Shown here: positions 38,057 to 51,842 of the stretch, one piece after another | Position numbering within the stretch: the stretch's first letter is position 1 | Layout: every line of letters begins with the position of its first letter | Assembly (NCBI RefSeq): GCF_001194135.2 | Contig: NC_068996.1 | Coordinates: 39,385,988 to 39,449,225 of the forward strand | Direction of reading: 5' to 3' | Source: Octopus bimaculoides | Taxonomy: Eukaryota | DNA: 63,238 nt | Program-made: the position numbers and the translations under genes | The notes under the pieces: generated by a model | The model's database searches: none | Seen by the model: only the letters and a program-made list of their open reading frames with translations | What the model was told of the DNA's origin: nothing

Positions 38057-38470
38057 AGTGGCTGTGTGGTAAGTAGCTTGCTTACCAACCACATGGTTCC
38101 GGGTTCAGTCCCACTGCATGGCACCTTGGGCAAGTGTCTTCTACTATAGCCTCGGGCCGACCAAAGCCTTGTGAGTAGATTTGGTAGACGGAAACTGAAA
38201 GAAGTCCGTTGTATATATGTATATACATATGTATATGTGTGTATATGTGTGTGTGTTTGTGTGTCTGTGTCTGTCCCCCCACCATTGCTTGACAACCGAT
38301 GCTGGTGTGTTTACGTCCCCGTAACTTAGTGGTTCGGCAAAAGAGACCGATAGAATAAGTACTAGACTTACAAAGAATAAGTCCCGGGGTCAATTTGCTC
38401 GACTAAAGGTGGTGCTCCAGCATGGCCACAAGCAAATGACTGAAACAAGTAAAAGAGAGTAAAAGAGAGT
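38057..38470 (+). mobile_element. Full-length SINE family B
   Basis: High similarity to the opposite-strand copy at 35087-35485. Confidence 0.9.
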
Positions 38471-39361
38471 ACTATCTTATATTTGATCAAGATACATTAG
38501 ATTATGCAATTCCAGATATGCCTAAATATGTAGGATGGTCATGTACGGAATGACTTTGATCATGTATTTTTATTTAAATGAGCTGACCGGGAAATAAAAA
38601 TCAAGAACAATAGTGAACAAAGAATCGGTATAGCAAAGAGAATGCCATGTTGATTCCTTGCCTAAAGATTTAGGTGTTTGTATTACATGACTGTACTCTG
38701 GGCAATACAGACATTCCAGTTAGCTGACAGCAGAACAGTAAAAACTGGAATCAAATCAGGATATGACTAAGTTTCTACTATAACAAATTTGAAACAAACC
38801 ACTGATGTTGTGTCGGAACCTGGTAAAAGGACCGAGTAGTCCCTGTTGAATAGAGTTAATACTTAATACATAATAGTGCTGCTTTGATGGTAGTGGTACA
38901 ATGTTCAGTGTAGATGTGTGGGCAGCTGCTGCAAATGTGGTAGTGGTATGATAATGGTTGAAACAGTGGTGATGATGTTGGTGGCTGTGGATTATGTAGC
39001 AGGGTATGCAGTGTTGTAATAATAATGGTAATTGATCAGTGAAGTTAGTGATGGGGTATATTTTGTGGTCATGCCTATTATTGTGAAGATTGGGTTGCAG
39101 ATGTGTGGCGTAGGTTGCAGTGATGGTGGTTGTAGCTGTGCAGGGATGGCTTTACAATTCTGGCTATAGTGCTGGTGTGGCAGCTGCTTGGAAAATTTAG
39201 GCTTTTGGCTCTCCTAAGAGCACTGGTGTGCTGTAAAGAGTACCTTGGGGGAGTTTGAATTTTTAAAAATATTATCTAAGGCTTTAGGAATTCCATGCTA
39301 ACTTTGCAGTATCTTGAAAAGCTTGTCATTCATAATCTTGCTATTTGTAAATATGATCATT

Positions 39362-39534
39362 GTGGAGGTGCAATGGCCCAGTGGTTAGGGCAGTAGACTC
39401 ATGGTCAGAGGATCGTGGTTTTGATTCCCAGACCAGGTGTTGTGTGTGTTTATTGAGTGAAAACACCAAAAGCTCCAGCAGGGGGGGGGGGGTGACCCCT
39501 GTTGTACTCTTTTGCCCCAACTTTCTCTCACTCT
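39362..39534 (+). mobile_element. tRNA-derived SINE head (family H variant), truncated by a gap
   Basis: aatggcccagtggttagg A box, gattccc B box; body matches the reverse complement of 18790-18890. Confidence 0.75.
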
Positions 39535-40110
39535 NNNNNNNNNNNNNNNNNNNNNNNNNNNNNNNNNNNNNNNNNNNNNNNNNNNNNNNNNNNNNNNNNN
39601 NNNNNNNNNNNNNNNNNNNNNNNNNNNNNNNNNNNNNNNNNNNNNNNNNNNNNNNNNNNNNNNNNNNNNNNNNNNNNNNNNNNNNNNNNNNNNNNNNNNN
39701 NNNNNNNNNNNNNNNNNNNNNNNNNNNNNNNNNNNNNNNNNNNNNNNNNNNNNNNNNNNNNNNNNNNNNNNNNNNNNNNNNNNNNNNNNNNNNNNNNNNN
39801 NNNNNNNNNNNNNNNNNNNNNNNNNNNNNNNNNNNNNNNNNNNNNNNNNNNNNNNNNNNNNNNNNNNNNNNNNNNNNNNNNNNNNNNNNNNNNNNNNNNN
39901 NNNNNNNNNNNNNNNNNNNNNNNNNNNNNNNNNNNNNNNNNNNNNNNNNNNNNNNNNNNNNNNNNNNNNNNNNNNNNNNNNNNNNNNNNNNNNNNNNNNN
40001 NNNNNNNNNNNNNNNNNNNNNNNNNNNNNNNNNNNNNNNNNNNNNNNNNNNNNNNNNNNNNNNNNNNNNNNNNNNNNNNNNNNNNNNNNNNNNNNNNNNN
40101 NNNNNNNNNN

Positions 40111-40182
<72 letters not shown>

Positions 40183-40445
40183 CTCTGCTACCACTTGTGT
40201 GTTCTCTGTACTTATCGCACATGCATACATCCATGTTGTACACACACACTTTGTATGCATGACGACCTGTCTATTATTATGTATATATGACGCACATACA
40301 CGTTAACATATCAATAAAACCTTCTACCCTGGTTGTGTCTCTCTTTTCCTTCTGGCACTAATACTCATTTAACCCTTTTCCTTCCATGAACTATATATGG
40401 AATTGTGAAGCACCCAGCAAGTGCTAATCTCATTTTCCTACAAAG

Positions 40446-41130
40446 TATATTCCAACACTGCCCTTATAAGCCTCTCACTCAGCTTCTATTTGTTTCTCTG
40501 TGCTACAGAACAACTAATATTATTTCTCCTTTAAGTACATTCCAACACTGCCTTCATAAACCTCTCACTCAGTTTTGGCTTGTTCCTGTGTGTGACATGA
40601 CAACTAATATTATTTCTCCTTTAAGTACATTCCAACACTGCCTTCATAAACCTCTCACTCAGTTTTGGCTTGTTCCTGTGTGTGACATTNNNNNNNNNNN
40701 NNNNNNNNNNNNNNNNNNNNNNNNNNNNNNNNNNNNNNNNNNNNNNNNNNNNNNNNNNNNNNNNNNNNNNNNNNNNNNNNNNNNNNNNNNNNNNNNNNNN
40801 NNNNNNNNNNNNNNNNNNNNNNNNNNNNNNNNNNNNNNNNNNNNNNNNNNNNNNNNNNNNNNNNNNNNNNNNNNNNNNNNNNNNNNNNNNNNNNNNNNNN
40901 NNNNNNNNNNNNNNNNNNNNNNNNNNNNNNNNNNNNNAACAACTAATATTATTTCTCCTTTAAGTACATTCCAACACTGCCTTCATAAACCTCTCACTCA
41001 GTTTTGGCTTGTTCCTGTGTGTGACATGACAACTAATATTATTTCTCCTTTAAGTACATTCCAACACTGCCTTCATAAACCTCTCACTCAGTTTTGGCTT
41101 GTTCCTGTGTGTGACATTTCTCCTTTAAGT
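40446..41130. repeat. 90-bp minisatellite, at least 4-5 near-identical units, collapsed at a gap
   Basis: Unit acaactaatattatttctcctttaagtacattccaacactgccttcataaacctctcactcagttttggcttgttcctgtgtgtgacatg. Confidence 0.95.
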
Positions 41131-42318
41131 ATAAGTTTGAAAGGTGTGTGAATGGAGAGGAGTTCCAACTAGATGAAATCTCCAGACAGTTTAAAATCAC
41201 AAGCCTCCAGCATACAAGTGTTTAAAAAACGTCAGAGAAGGGCACCTAGGAATCACAACCTGGATGTAGCCCAGCCCCCTTAGAGTGTAAGAAGTTAAGG
41301 GGCCAAGCATTTGCCTGAATGGTGTGGGGTTTCTTCTCTGAAGACCTTCTGCTGTTCAGCTCTCTTGAGGGATTCTTATCACCAATGCTTCTGCTGTCTA
41401 CACTACAACAGCCTAAACTAGTGGTTCTCCATCACTTTGACTTACAGGTGCACTGGAGATCAAAAACAGAATTTACCTGTGTGTTCAGCATTGAAGTTTA
41501 AAAATTACAGTTGCATTTTCCATGGAATTATATTTAAAAGAAAGAAAATGTTTTGATTCAAAATTAATTGTTTTCTTTAAATTGAAAACTATTGCTTGCC
41601 TTGTTGTTTCCTTTTATCTTTTATTTGTTTCAAGCACAAGACTGTGGCCATGCTGGGGCACCACCTTGAAGAATTTTACTCAAACAAATTGATTCCACTA
41701 TGTATTTCATCAGTCTTTTGCCAAAATACTAAATATGGGGATGTAAACATACCAAAACGAGTTATCAAGTGGTAGCAGAGAACACACACACACACACACA
41801 CACACACAAATAAACGCAGACACACACACACACACACACGCATACGCACACACACATAAACGCAGACACACACATACACACACACAGCAGGTTTCTTTTC
41901 AGTTTCCATCCATCAAATCCACTCACAAGGCTTTGGTCAGAGCAAGGAGGCTATATAGTAAAAGACACTTGCCCAAGGTGCCACTCAGATAGATAGATAA
42001 ACAAACAGGCAGACAGGCAGACAGATAGATATACATGTACATATACATACATGCATAAATGAACATTATACTTAGAGATATATACGTGTAAGTGCGTATG
42101 TGTGCATGTGTGTATGTGTGTATACAGTCAAAAGTTGAGCTTTAGAGATGCTCAATATGAAAAACACATAGTGGTGCTCAAATGGTTTGAACTTAGGCTC
42201 TGAAATCTGTATCGAGGTTTATATATATATATATATATGAAGCCTAATCATGTTTATCTGCATCACTATTTTTCTCTCTCTCTCTTTCTCTCTCTCTCTT
42301 TCTCTCTATCTCTCTCTT

Positions 42319-42399
<81 letters not shown>

Positions 42400-43216
42400 G
42401 TGTATGCATGTATGTGTGTGTATATGCCTTAAGTACGTATATACATATGGGCATATATACATATGCATGTACGTACATAAGTGTGTACATATGTATGCAT
42501 GTTTCAATGTTGTGTGTGCTTTAGTATGCATGCATGTGTGTATATCAGTATTTTTATGCATGCCTTCAAGCATATGAACGTGTATATATATGTACTTACA
42601 TATAAAAATTATAGATATGATTGTTTGCATATAGATATCATATGTACGTCTGTTGTTTTTCTTTGAGATGAATTTTTTTGTATTTACTTTGATTAGATAC
42701 TTGCTGAATCTAGTGCAAAATTATTCAAATATAGAATAAATGGCAAAAAAAAAAAAAAAATCCAAACTCTAAGAAATTCCTTGTGGGTCTGCAGCAGTTA
42801 AAAAAAAATGAACAGTAATAAATAAAAATAATTGCAATATAAATGTTTTAAGAAAAAAGTAAATTACCAATGTTTCGGATTATGTCCTTTTACAAGAGAG
42901 AGAAGAAATAGAGTAAAAAAAACAAACAAAAAAAATCAAATCTGTGTTGTTATACAGGAGTTATGGTATTAATAATGGTTTTGAATTGTGGCATAAAGCC
43001 ACCAGTTTTAGGAGAAGGAATAAGTTAGTATCATTGAACCTAGTGCTTGACTACCAGTTATTGTATCTACTCTGAAAGGATGAAAAGCAAAGTCAACGTC
43101 TTTGGAATTTGAACTCAGAATCGAAAGATGGGTAAAACGCTGCTAAGAATTTTGTCCAGTCTGTTAGCAACTCTGTCAACTTGCTGCCAGTTATGATATT
43201 AATAATAAAGTATTAA

Positions 43217-43427
43217 GGCGGTGAGCTGGCAGAAACGTTAGCACGCCGGGCGGAATGCTTAGCGGTATTTCGTCTGTCTTTACATTCTGAGTTCAAATTC
43301 TGCCGAGGTCGACTTTGCCTTTCATCCTTTCGGGGTCGATAAATTAAGCACCAGTTACGCACTGGGGTCGATCTAATCGACTTCCCCCTCCCCCAAAATT
43401 TCGGGCCTTGTGCCTAGAGAAGAAAAG
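43217..43427 (+). mobile_element. Young SINE family A with 16-bp TSD
   Basis: aataataaag(t/a)attaa at 43201-43216 and 43428-43443. Confidence 0.92.
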
Positions 43428-43886
43428 AATAATAAAGAATTAAAGAAATGAGTTAAAAATGTGGTTTCTGTATAGAGAGTGGTGAAGATGGATGAAGGAT
43501 AGAATGTCTGACCAGTCCTTGGCTGGTACTTATTTTATCAACCCCAAAAAGATGAAAAGTAAAGTCAGCTTTAGTGGAATTTGAACTCTGAATGTAAAAA
43601 TGGATGAAATGCCACTAAGCATTTTGTCTGGTCTGTTAACAACTCTTTTAGTTTGCTGCCAGTTCTGATATTAATAATAAAGAATTAAAGAAATGGGTTA
43701 AGTGTGTGATTTCAGTATAGAGGATGGTGGAGATGGATGATGGATAGAATGTCTGACTTACACACAAAGAATAGCAGATAGTAGTAGAGTCGGTGCATAA
43801 ATGAAGTCAGTCTGAGTGTGCAAGCATGTAAGTGTAACAATATGTTCATATGAGCAAGTAAGCAAATAGGTTGAATAGATTTAAAT

Positions 43887-44530
43887 CAGTGGTTCTCAAC
43901 CATTCTTTGTCTGTAGACCCCTTTGATTCTTATTTTACTCAACTGGACCCTCTTAACCATTTGATGTTTTAAAAATATTATAATATATTTTTATAATTAA
44001 ATAACAGTTTATAGCAGAGACTCCAGCAAAGAAGATCTGAAGAAGGAATTGTAATTCCGAAATATCATCGGACTATAAATAACTAAATTACAACAGGTAT
44101 ATAGTCCATTTTTTGTTCTATAGTGCATTGTTATACCATTCTAAACTTTTTATTCTTTACAAACAATACACAATGCTTCAAGCGAACTACAATACTCTCC
44201 TATTTGTAAGAATTGTTTTAAAAAAATATTAAAATATTTTGAGTTTTGTAGAAATATAACCAGTTTATTGCAAATAACTTTTAACAACTAAATGTTATAT
44301 GAACCCTCAAGGGTCATATGGACCCTAATTAAGAATCACTGCTTTAGGGTATAAGTATTCTAGAACATTGTTCAAGTTATGTAATAACTAGTAATATGAC
44401 AGAGATGGGTAGATTACCCATTTGGATATTGTGATTGCCTCAGTTAATTTATTTGTGAAATATTAATTTTAATGACAGAACCTTATATGGATCCCAAAGG
44501 AGTCGTGTGGACCCCAGTTGAGAACCACTG
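43887..44530. mobile_element. hAT (Charlie-like) MITE remnant(s)
   Basis: cagtggttctcaac (43887) and gttgagaaccactg (to 44530), plus a degenerate internal right end at ~44328-44341; no matching TSD. Confidence 0.6.
44034..44069 (+). ncRNA. Minimal type-I hammerhead ribozyme motif
   Basis: gat-CTGAAGA(44037-44043)-A-GGAAT-tgta-ATTCC-GAAA-TA-TC-atc: perfect core, palindromic AUAU helix III, AUC site, 3-bp helix I. Confidence 0.75.
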
Positions 44531-44664
44531 AACCATTGATCTAGATAGATATGCAGGTAGAGCAAGAAAGGAAATGGAAAGTATGAGAGATTATGTAGTT
44601 GGTTGCTGATGCTGAAGGAGAAAACAGCTCAGTTGGAAAACAAGTTGTTGGTAAAGTAATGTAA

Positions 44665-45053
44665 GGCACAGGAGTGGCTGTGTGGTAAGTAGCTCGCTTA
44701 CCACCCACATGGTTCTGGGTTCAGTCCCACTGCATGGCACCTTGGGCAAGTGTCTTCTACTATGGCCTCAGGCTGGCCAAAGCCTTGTGAATGGATTTAG
44801 TAGACGGAAACTGAAAGAAGCCCATCGTATATATGAATATGTATATATATATGTGTGTTTGTGTGTCTCTGTTTGTCCCCCCAACATCGATGTTTGGGTG
44901 TTTACATCCCTGTAACTTAGCGGTTCGGCAAAAGAAACCGATAGAATAAGTACTAGGCTTACAAAGAATAAGTACCGGGGGTGATTTGCTCGATTAAAGG
45001 CAGTGCTCCAGCATGGCCACAGTCAAATGACTGAAACAATTAAAAGAGTAAAG
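44665..45053 (+). mobile_element. Full-length SINE family B
   Basis: Same bipartite structure as 38057-38470. Confidence 0.9.
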
Positions 45054-45989
45054 GAAAGGCAACCAAAGTGTTGCTAAAAGAGTAAGACAAAAATAGTGGT
45101 TGTGTGAATGATCAATAGAAATGAAATGCTGAGCCACAGATGGGAATGGATAGTGAGGAGAAAAGGAAGAGAAAAGAATGTGGTTTGTTAGAGGGCCCGA
45201 GTGGGAATGGATTAGGGTAATTCTTTGGTAGAATTAGAATAGCATAAATGAGACAAAGCAGGACTTCTGAATCATAGGTTCCGTCCATCTCAAGGGCTTC
45301 TACACAGTTTTTACCTATTCACAGATCTTGGATTAACCCAGGGCCACAATAAATAAATTTGTCCAATGTACCACACAATGAGATCAAACCTGAATTCCAT
45401 AGTTTCAAAGAAAACTTCTCAACCACTCAGCTACTCCCATCACTTCACCTGTATTGTTTACACCAAGCTATCTTGAGAGAAAGTATTTGGTTTTTTATTT
45501 TAAAGGCTTAGAAGAAGAAGCTGGCATTTTTGACACTTTCCATGGTCTTTGAGACTGGTGAAGAAGAAGAATAAAAGTTACTCAGACTGGAGATTTTTGT
45601 TAAATGCTTACAACAGACTGGATCCCACTAAAGGCATCTAAGAGCCAGATGGTTGTGTTAAATAACAGGAATTGTTTTTTCACAGTTTCCATCTATAAAG
45701 TTTTGTTCACAGGATTTTCGACAACTCAAAGTTATGCTGGAGGACAATTGGGTAAGGTCTCACACAGTATGATCAAATCCCCAAATCTCAGTAGTGTGAA
45801 GTGAATATCTTGACTACACAGCTGTGACTGCACCAATAGATTTCCAGGAGCATGCTTAACCCCTAAAACAGTGGCCATCATCAATTGATATTTCATTAAA
45901 GAACAATAGACATCACCAACTGATGTTTTGTTTTTTCTGACTTTCCTTCAACATCAGATGAGGCAGATGATGATGACGATGCTCTAGAT

Positions 45990-46119
45990 CAGTGTTTTTC
46001 AACCATTTTACCCTTGCATAACCCTTAAAAAATAAATTACATGTCTCAAGGAACCCCTGAACAAAAAAATTATATACTATATCTTTCTCATATTTTTTTC
46101 ATCATACTTCACATAGTAA

Positions 46120-46185
<66 letters not shown>

Positions 46186-46411
46186 CATACGGTATCCATA
46201 AATTACAGACATCACTAAATATATCCCCAATGATTGTTATATTTTCTTGATAACATAGCAGGTTAGATAGAATGATGTCTATATTACAATAACCAATAAT
46301 ATGTTGTGCATGTATAGTAATACTACAATCATGAAATTAGTATTAGCTTATCTCACTCTTTCTCATGGAAGACCTAAGAACCTTTTGTGGAACCCTGGTT
46401 GAGAAACACTG
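45990..46411. mobile_element. hAT (Charlie-like) MITE, 422 bp
   Basis: TIR cagtgtttttcaacc / ggttgagaaacactg; perfect 8-bp TSD ctctagat (45982-45989, 46412-46419). Confidence 0.93.
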
Positions 46412-47131
46412 CTCTAGATAGGACAGAAGAAAGTGAAGCTTCAACTAGCTCTGGATGGCGATGTACTGATTTTTCTCCATTCGTAGATTAGTTTGACAAA
46501 AACAATACAGGAATCTCAAATGAATTTATGCTCATACCAGGTGCAAAGGAAAGTGAATATTTTGTTTCACTTAGATTTTGTACTTGTTTAAAGTGAAAAT
46601 AAATATTTAAAAAATTACCATTAAGGAAAAGAGACATTTAAAAACTATTTTGCTCATTTGGCACACATTCACACACTCCTTGCCTGCCATTTAAGAGTTT
46701 AAGCAGAGGGCTCGTTAACCTGCCTTGCTATCTTTGATGGGTAAATTGGTTGTTAGATAGGTGAAGCAAATTTACTGCCAAAAGTATTTGGCCTCAAACT
46801 AGTGAAGCTCCGACCTTTTCAATGACCTGAAGTACATTTTTGATATGACCTGGCAGGGTACATCTAAGCGGTGTGTGTGTGAAGAGAAGAGTATGTAAAA
46901 TCAGTGATGGTTAGTTAAAGACTGATGCGAATATACACACACATATATATATGTGTGTATATTTGTAATATGATTATACTTGGATATACACACTGCACAA
47001 ATGTGTATTCAAGTATCCCTAAAGATGTATGTATATGAACAGAAAAGTGTATAGGGTTGAGGGTGTATACGAATGCATGCAGAAGTTATATTTTCTTAAG
47101 TATATGCTTATGAATAACATTTTGTTTCTCA

Positions 47132-47177
<46 letters not shown>

Positions 47178-47185
47178 ATATACAC

Positions 47186-47257
<72 letters not shown>

Positions 47258-48435
47258 GTATGTGTTGGTATATGAATACATGTATAATGTATTTTCTGCT
47301 TTTTATGTTTAAAATGGTATAAAACGATGCATTAAATAATTAAGTATTAATTAACAAAAAAAAAAGGACACTAATTAAATAATTTATTAATTTAGCTCTC
47401 ACATCAGTGATGCCAATAATATTTGTTCTCTCCCATTGTGAGAACTGCAGAGTAAAAAGGTAGACAGCCAGGTGCCATGTCCACAAGGTAGCTTTGATTC
47501 CTAGTCGAAGTTAACTTAATTTTTTTTTTTTTTTAATTCATAGTTCTACATTCGGTAATAATGTCCATTTTTTTCTTTTCATTGTTGAGAATTTTTATTT
47601 TGTTTGATATTGCTTATATTTGCTGATAATATTTGCTTTTGTTAACAACATTTATTTTGGTTGAAAATGTTTGGTATTTGTTAATACCGCTTGTCTCTTT
47701 TTCTTTAATTTTCATTTTTGATTCGTTTATATTTAATTCTTATTTCTAAAATTCCATGTCCTGTTTTATTAATATTTGCTGATATTTATGTTCAATATTC
47801 CCCTTATTTTCTTCAATTCTTTTTTCTTCATATTCATTTTGTTTCATACATGCAGTACTGCAATTTTTATTTGTTAACATACTTCTTTTTTTCTCAAATA
47901 ATGTTTGTTTGTTATTAATGGTGTTTTTTCATTCTTCTTTCTAATTTTCCAGCTCTGTTTTGGAAATGTATTTTGTGTTTTCTTGCTATTTTTTGAGTTT
48001 CTTCTCAAGCTTTATTTTTTTCAAATTCTCGGCTCAGTTCTGCTAATGATGCTTATTTCTTGTTAATAAAATACATACATACATACATTTTTTAAATCTC
48101 TAGTTCTGTTTTGTTCTGTTCGTAATCCTCTTTCTTCATTTTCTTTTCTTTCTTAACAAAAAAAAAANNNNNNNNNNAAAAAAAAAAAAAATGAAGAGAT
48201 AACACATTCTATTATACTGGTTTATCTGTTAGAAAAACAGCAGAGGCTTTAACCTGTAATTACATAAAGAAGATGAAATATGTTGAATTACTAATAGATA
48301 AGACTTGCTATAAAAAAAAAAATTCTAACAGGTAATGTTACCAAGAAACTATTTGCTGCCATCAAATTCAATGATCTTGTTCAAAGAAATCTAATATTGT
48401 TATACCTTGTTATATACTTTGCAGTACTGAGAAAA

Positions 48436-48992
48436 AGTGCATGGCTCAGTGGTTAGAGCATTAGGCTCACAATCATGAGGTAGGGAGTTTGATTCCTGGA
48501 CAAGGCAGCAAGCTGGCAGAAATGTTAGCATGCTGGGCGAAATGCTTAGCGGTATTTCGTCTGCTGCTGCATTCCGAGTTCAAATTCCGCAGAGGTCGAC
48601 TTTGCCTTTCATCCTTTCGGGGTCGATTAAATAAGTACCAGTTATGCACTGGGGTCGATATAATCGACTTAATCCGTTTGTCTGTCCTTGTTTGTCCTCT
48701 CTATGTTTAGCCCCTTGTGGGCAATAAATAAATAAGGGCTGCGTGTTGTGTTCTTGAGCAAGACACTTTATTTCACATTGCTCCAGTTCACTCAGCTGTA
48801 GAAATGAGTTGCCAAGCTGTATCGGCCTTTGCCTTTCCCTCGAATAACATTGATGGTGTGGAGGGGAAGTGGGTATGCATGGGCGACTGCTTATCTTCCA
48901 TAAACAACCTTGCTCAAACTCGTGCTTTGGAGGGGAACTTTCTCGGTGCAATCCCATGGTCATTTATGACTGAAGGGGGTCTTTACCCTTTT
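48436..48992 (+). mobile_element. SINE family C with a nested SINE A (~48502-48735)
   Basis: 11-bp TSD tactgagaaaa (48425-48435, 48993-49003); family C resumes at ggctgcgtgttgtg. Confidence 0.9.
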
Positions 48993-50340
48993 TACTGAGA
49001 AAATGAAAGTGATTTGCAGTAACATTACAGAGGTATTTATGGAGTACTTTAGCAGGTATGTGTGGGGAGGCACTATGTTGATGGTATTTAAATGACCTGC
49101 TCTCTGGTTAGAGGATAACTAGACATCGAAGTGTTGCTTCTTCTCACCACAGCAATCTATGAAATGTAGTTGATTTTTTTCCTTGATGCCAGTCATGGAA
49201 GCTCTGCAAGAAGGTCTTAGTTGTGCTGTTCCATCTCTGCTTATTGTATCCCAAATACCCCCCCCCCCAAAAAAAAATTGATTCTACAGCAAGCAACCTG
49301 TTCTTTTCTGACTCCCTCATCTGCTATCTATCTTTAATCATAAAGGTACTTTCTTTGGGGTTTATAGTTTTGTAAGGTGCATGGTAACCTCAATNNNNNN
49401 NNNNNNNNNNNNNNNNNNNNNNNNNNNNNNNNNNNNNNNNNNNNNNNNNNNNNNNNNNNNNNNNNNNNNNNNNNNNNNNNNNNNNNNNNNNNNNNNNNNN
49501 NNNNNNNNNNNNNNNNNNNNNNNNNNNNNNNNNNNNNNNNNNNNNNNNNNNNNNNNNNNNNNNNNNNNNNNNNNNNNNNNNNNNNNNNNNNNNNNNNNNN
49601 NNNNNNNNNNNNNNNNNNNNNNNNNNNNNNNNNNNNNNNNNNNNNNNNNNNNNNNNNNNNNNNNNNNNNNNNNNNNNNNNNNNNNNNNNNNNNNNNNNNN
49701 NNNNNNNNNNNNNNNNNNNNNNNNNNNNNNNNNNNNNNNNNNNNNNNNNNNNNNNNNNNNNNNNNNNNNNNNNNNNNNNNNNNNNNNNNNNNNNNNNNNN
49801 NNNNNNNNNNNNNNNNNNNNNNNNNNNNNNNNNNNNNNNNNNNNNNNNNNNNNNNNNNNNNNNNNNNNNNNNNNNNNNNNNNNNNNNNNNNNNNNNNNNN
49901 NNNNNNNNNNNNNNNNNNNNNNNNNNNNNNNNNNNNNNNNNNNNNNNNNNNNNNNNNNNNNNNNNNNNNNNNNNNNNNNNNNNNNNNNNNNNNNNNNNNN
50001 NNNNNNNNNNNNNNNNNNNNNNNNNNNNNNNNNNNNNNNNNNNNNNNNNNNNNNNNNNNNNNNNNNNNNNNNNNNNNNNNNNNNNNNNNNNNNNNNNNNN
50101 NNNNNNNNNNNNNNNNNNNNNNNNNNNNNNNNNNNNNNNNNNNNNNNNNNNNNNNNNNNNNNNNNNNNNNNNNNNNNNNNNNNNNNNNNNNNNNNNNNNN
50201 NNNNNNNNNNNNNNNNNNNNNNNNNNNNNNNNNNNNNNNNNNNNNNNNNNNNNNNNNNNNNNNNNNNNNNNNNNNNNNNNNNNNNNNNNNNNNNNNNNNN
50301 NNNNNNNNNNNNNNNNNNNNNNNNNNNNNNNNNNNNNNNN

Positions 50341-50389
<49 letters not shown>

Positions 50390-50739
50390 CTTTGTGTCTT
50401 CCCTGCCCCTGCTATCACTTGACAACTGACGTTGGTGTGGTTACATCCCTGTAACTTAGCAGTTCAGTGGAAAGAGAACAACAGAATAAGTACTAGGCAT
50501 ATAAAGAATAAGTTCCGGGGTCGATTTCTTTTGCTAAAACTCTTTAAGGCAGCATGGCCACAGTCAAGTGACTGAAACAAGTAAAAGAATAAAAGAACGT
50601 GCACATATTAATGCATATTACAATATATACCCAACTTCCATAATTACCATTATTTTTTTTGCATAAGTTAGTTGCAACTGCACAAATGAGTGGAGTGGGG
50701 GATTTCCTGAGTTCTGTGATACATGTGATACTCAGCACT

Positions 50740-51347
50740 TAATCCTTGGTCATTTCCTCTGTGAGCAGCTGATCATCTTGAGATCAGTTTTCTTCCACTT
50801 CATCGCACGTTTTCTTTGGCTTCCCTCTTTAACAGGTTATATCGAATGCAATTTATGGAGCTGTCATGTTCCATATTCATCACATGCCCATAGCATGGTC
50901 TTCTCTCTTAGAGGCAATATCTGATTCCTTTTATGCCGATTGTGCTTGGTCATTCATTCACTTTGCTCATAATCACTTCATTTCTATCTTGTCTTGACAT
51001 TTCATCAGCATTCTCAGCCCACATCTTAATTCTATGCAGCATTCACAGTTCATACACAAAGCATCACACAATCTACCTGTTGCTCTGAGGGTGAAACACC
51101 AAACTATTATACAATCAGAGGTAATAAACTCCTAAAATTTCTCCAGCTTATTTTTTCATTTACAGAGGTTTTTATACATTCAGAATATCAATTGCTGCTG
51201 CTAATTAGACCACCAGGGTAATGGAAATTATCAACTACTTTTAGAGAGCCATCTTAATGTTTTGTTGTCATTATACATCTACTGCAAACAAAGTCTACTT
51301 TTTCTGTTTGCTTGTCTGTGATTCCACTGCACTTCTTGTGCATCCAT
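50740..51347 (-). pseudogene. Old degenerate RTE ORF fragment with a partial PHD-like motif
   Basis: WMHKKCSGITDKQTEKVDFVCSRC...VVDNFHY...YGHVM...GKPKKT.DEV on the minus strand. Confidence 0.75.
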
Positions 51348-51348
51348 A

Positions 51349-51842
51349 TATCATCATCATCATCATTGCCGTTTAACGTCTGCTTTCCATGCTGGCATGA
51401 GTCGGACGGTTTGACTGAGGGCTGGCAAGCCAGAAGGCTGCACCGGGCTCCAATCTGATCTGGCAAAGTTTCTACAGCTGGATGCCCTTCCAAACGTCAA
51501 CCACTCCAGGAGTGTAGTGGGTGGTACTGGCATCAGCTATGCTTGAATGGTGCTTTTTACATGCCACCAGCATGGGAGCCAGTCAGGCGGTACTGGCAAT
51601 GATCATGCCTGAATAGTGCTTTTTAGATGCCACTGGCACAGAACCAGTCAGGCAGCACTGGCATCGATAACATTTGAATGATGCCTTTTATGTGCCACCG
51701 GCATGGGTGCCAATGAGGCAGTACTCTCATCAGCTACGACAACGGCTTCACTTGACGCGACAGGTCTTCACAAGTGCAGTTTATTGCCCAATGATTGAAA
51801 GGTACTCTTAAATGGGCTGGTTATTCTGCACTGGCAGGTTAT
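51349..51842 (-). mobile_element. RTE 3' end with ~64-bp internal repeats, inserted into the older RTE
   Basis: (CAT)n tail at 51349; UTR matches 10886-11440. Confidence 0.85.
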
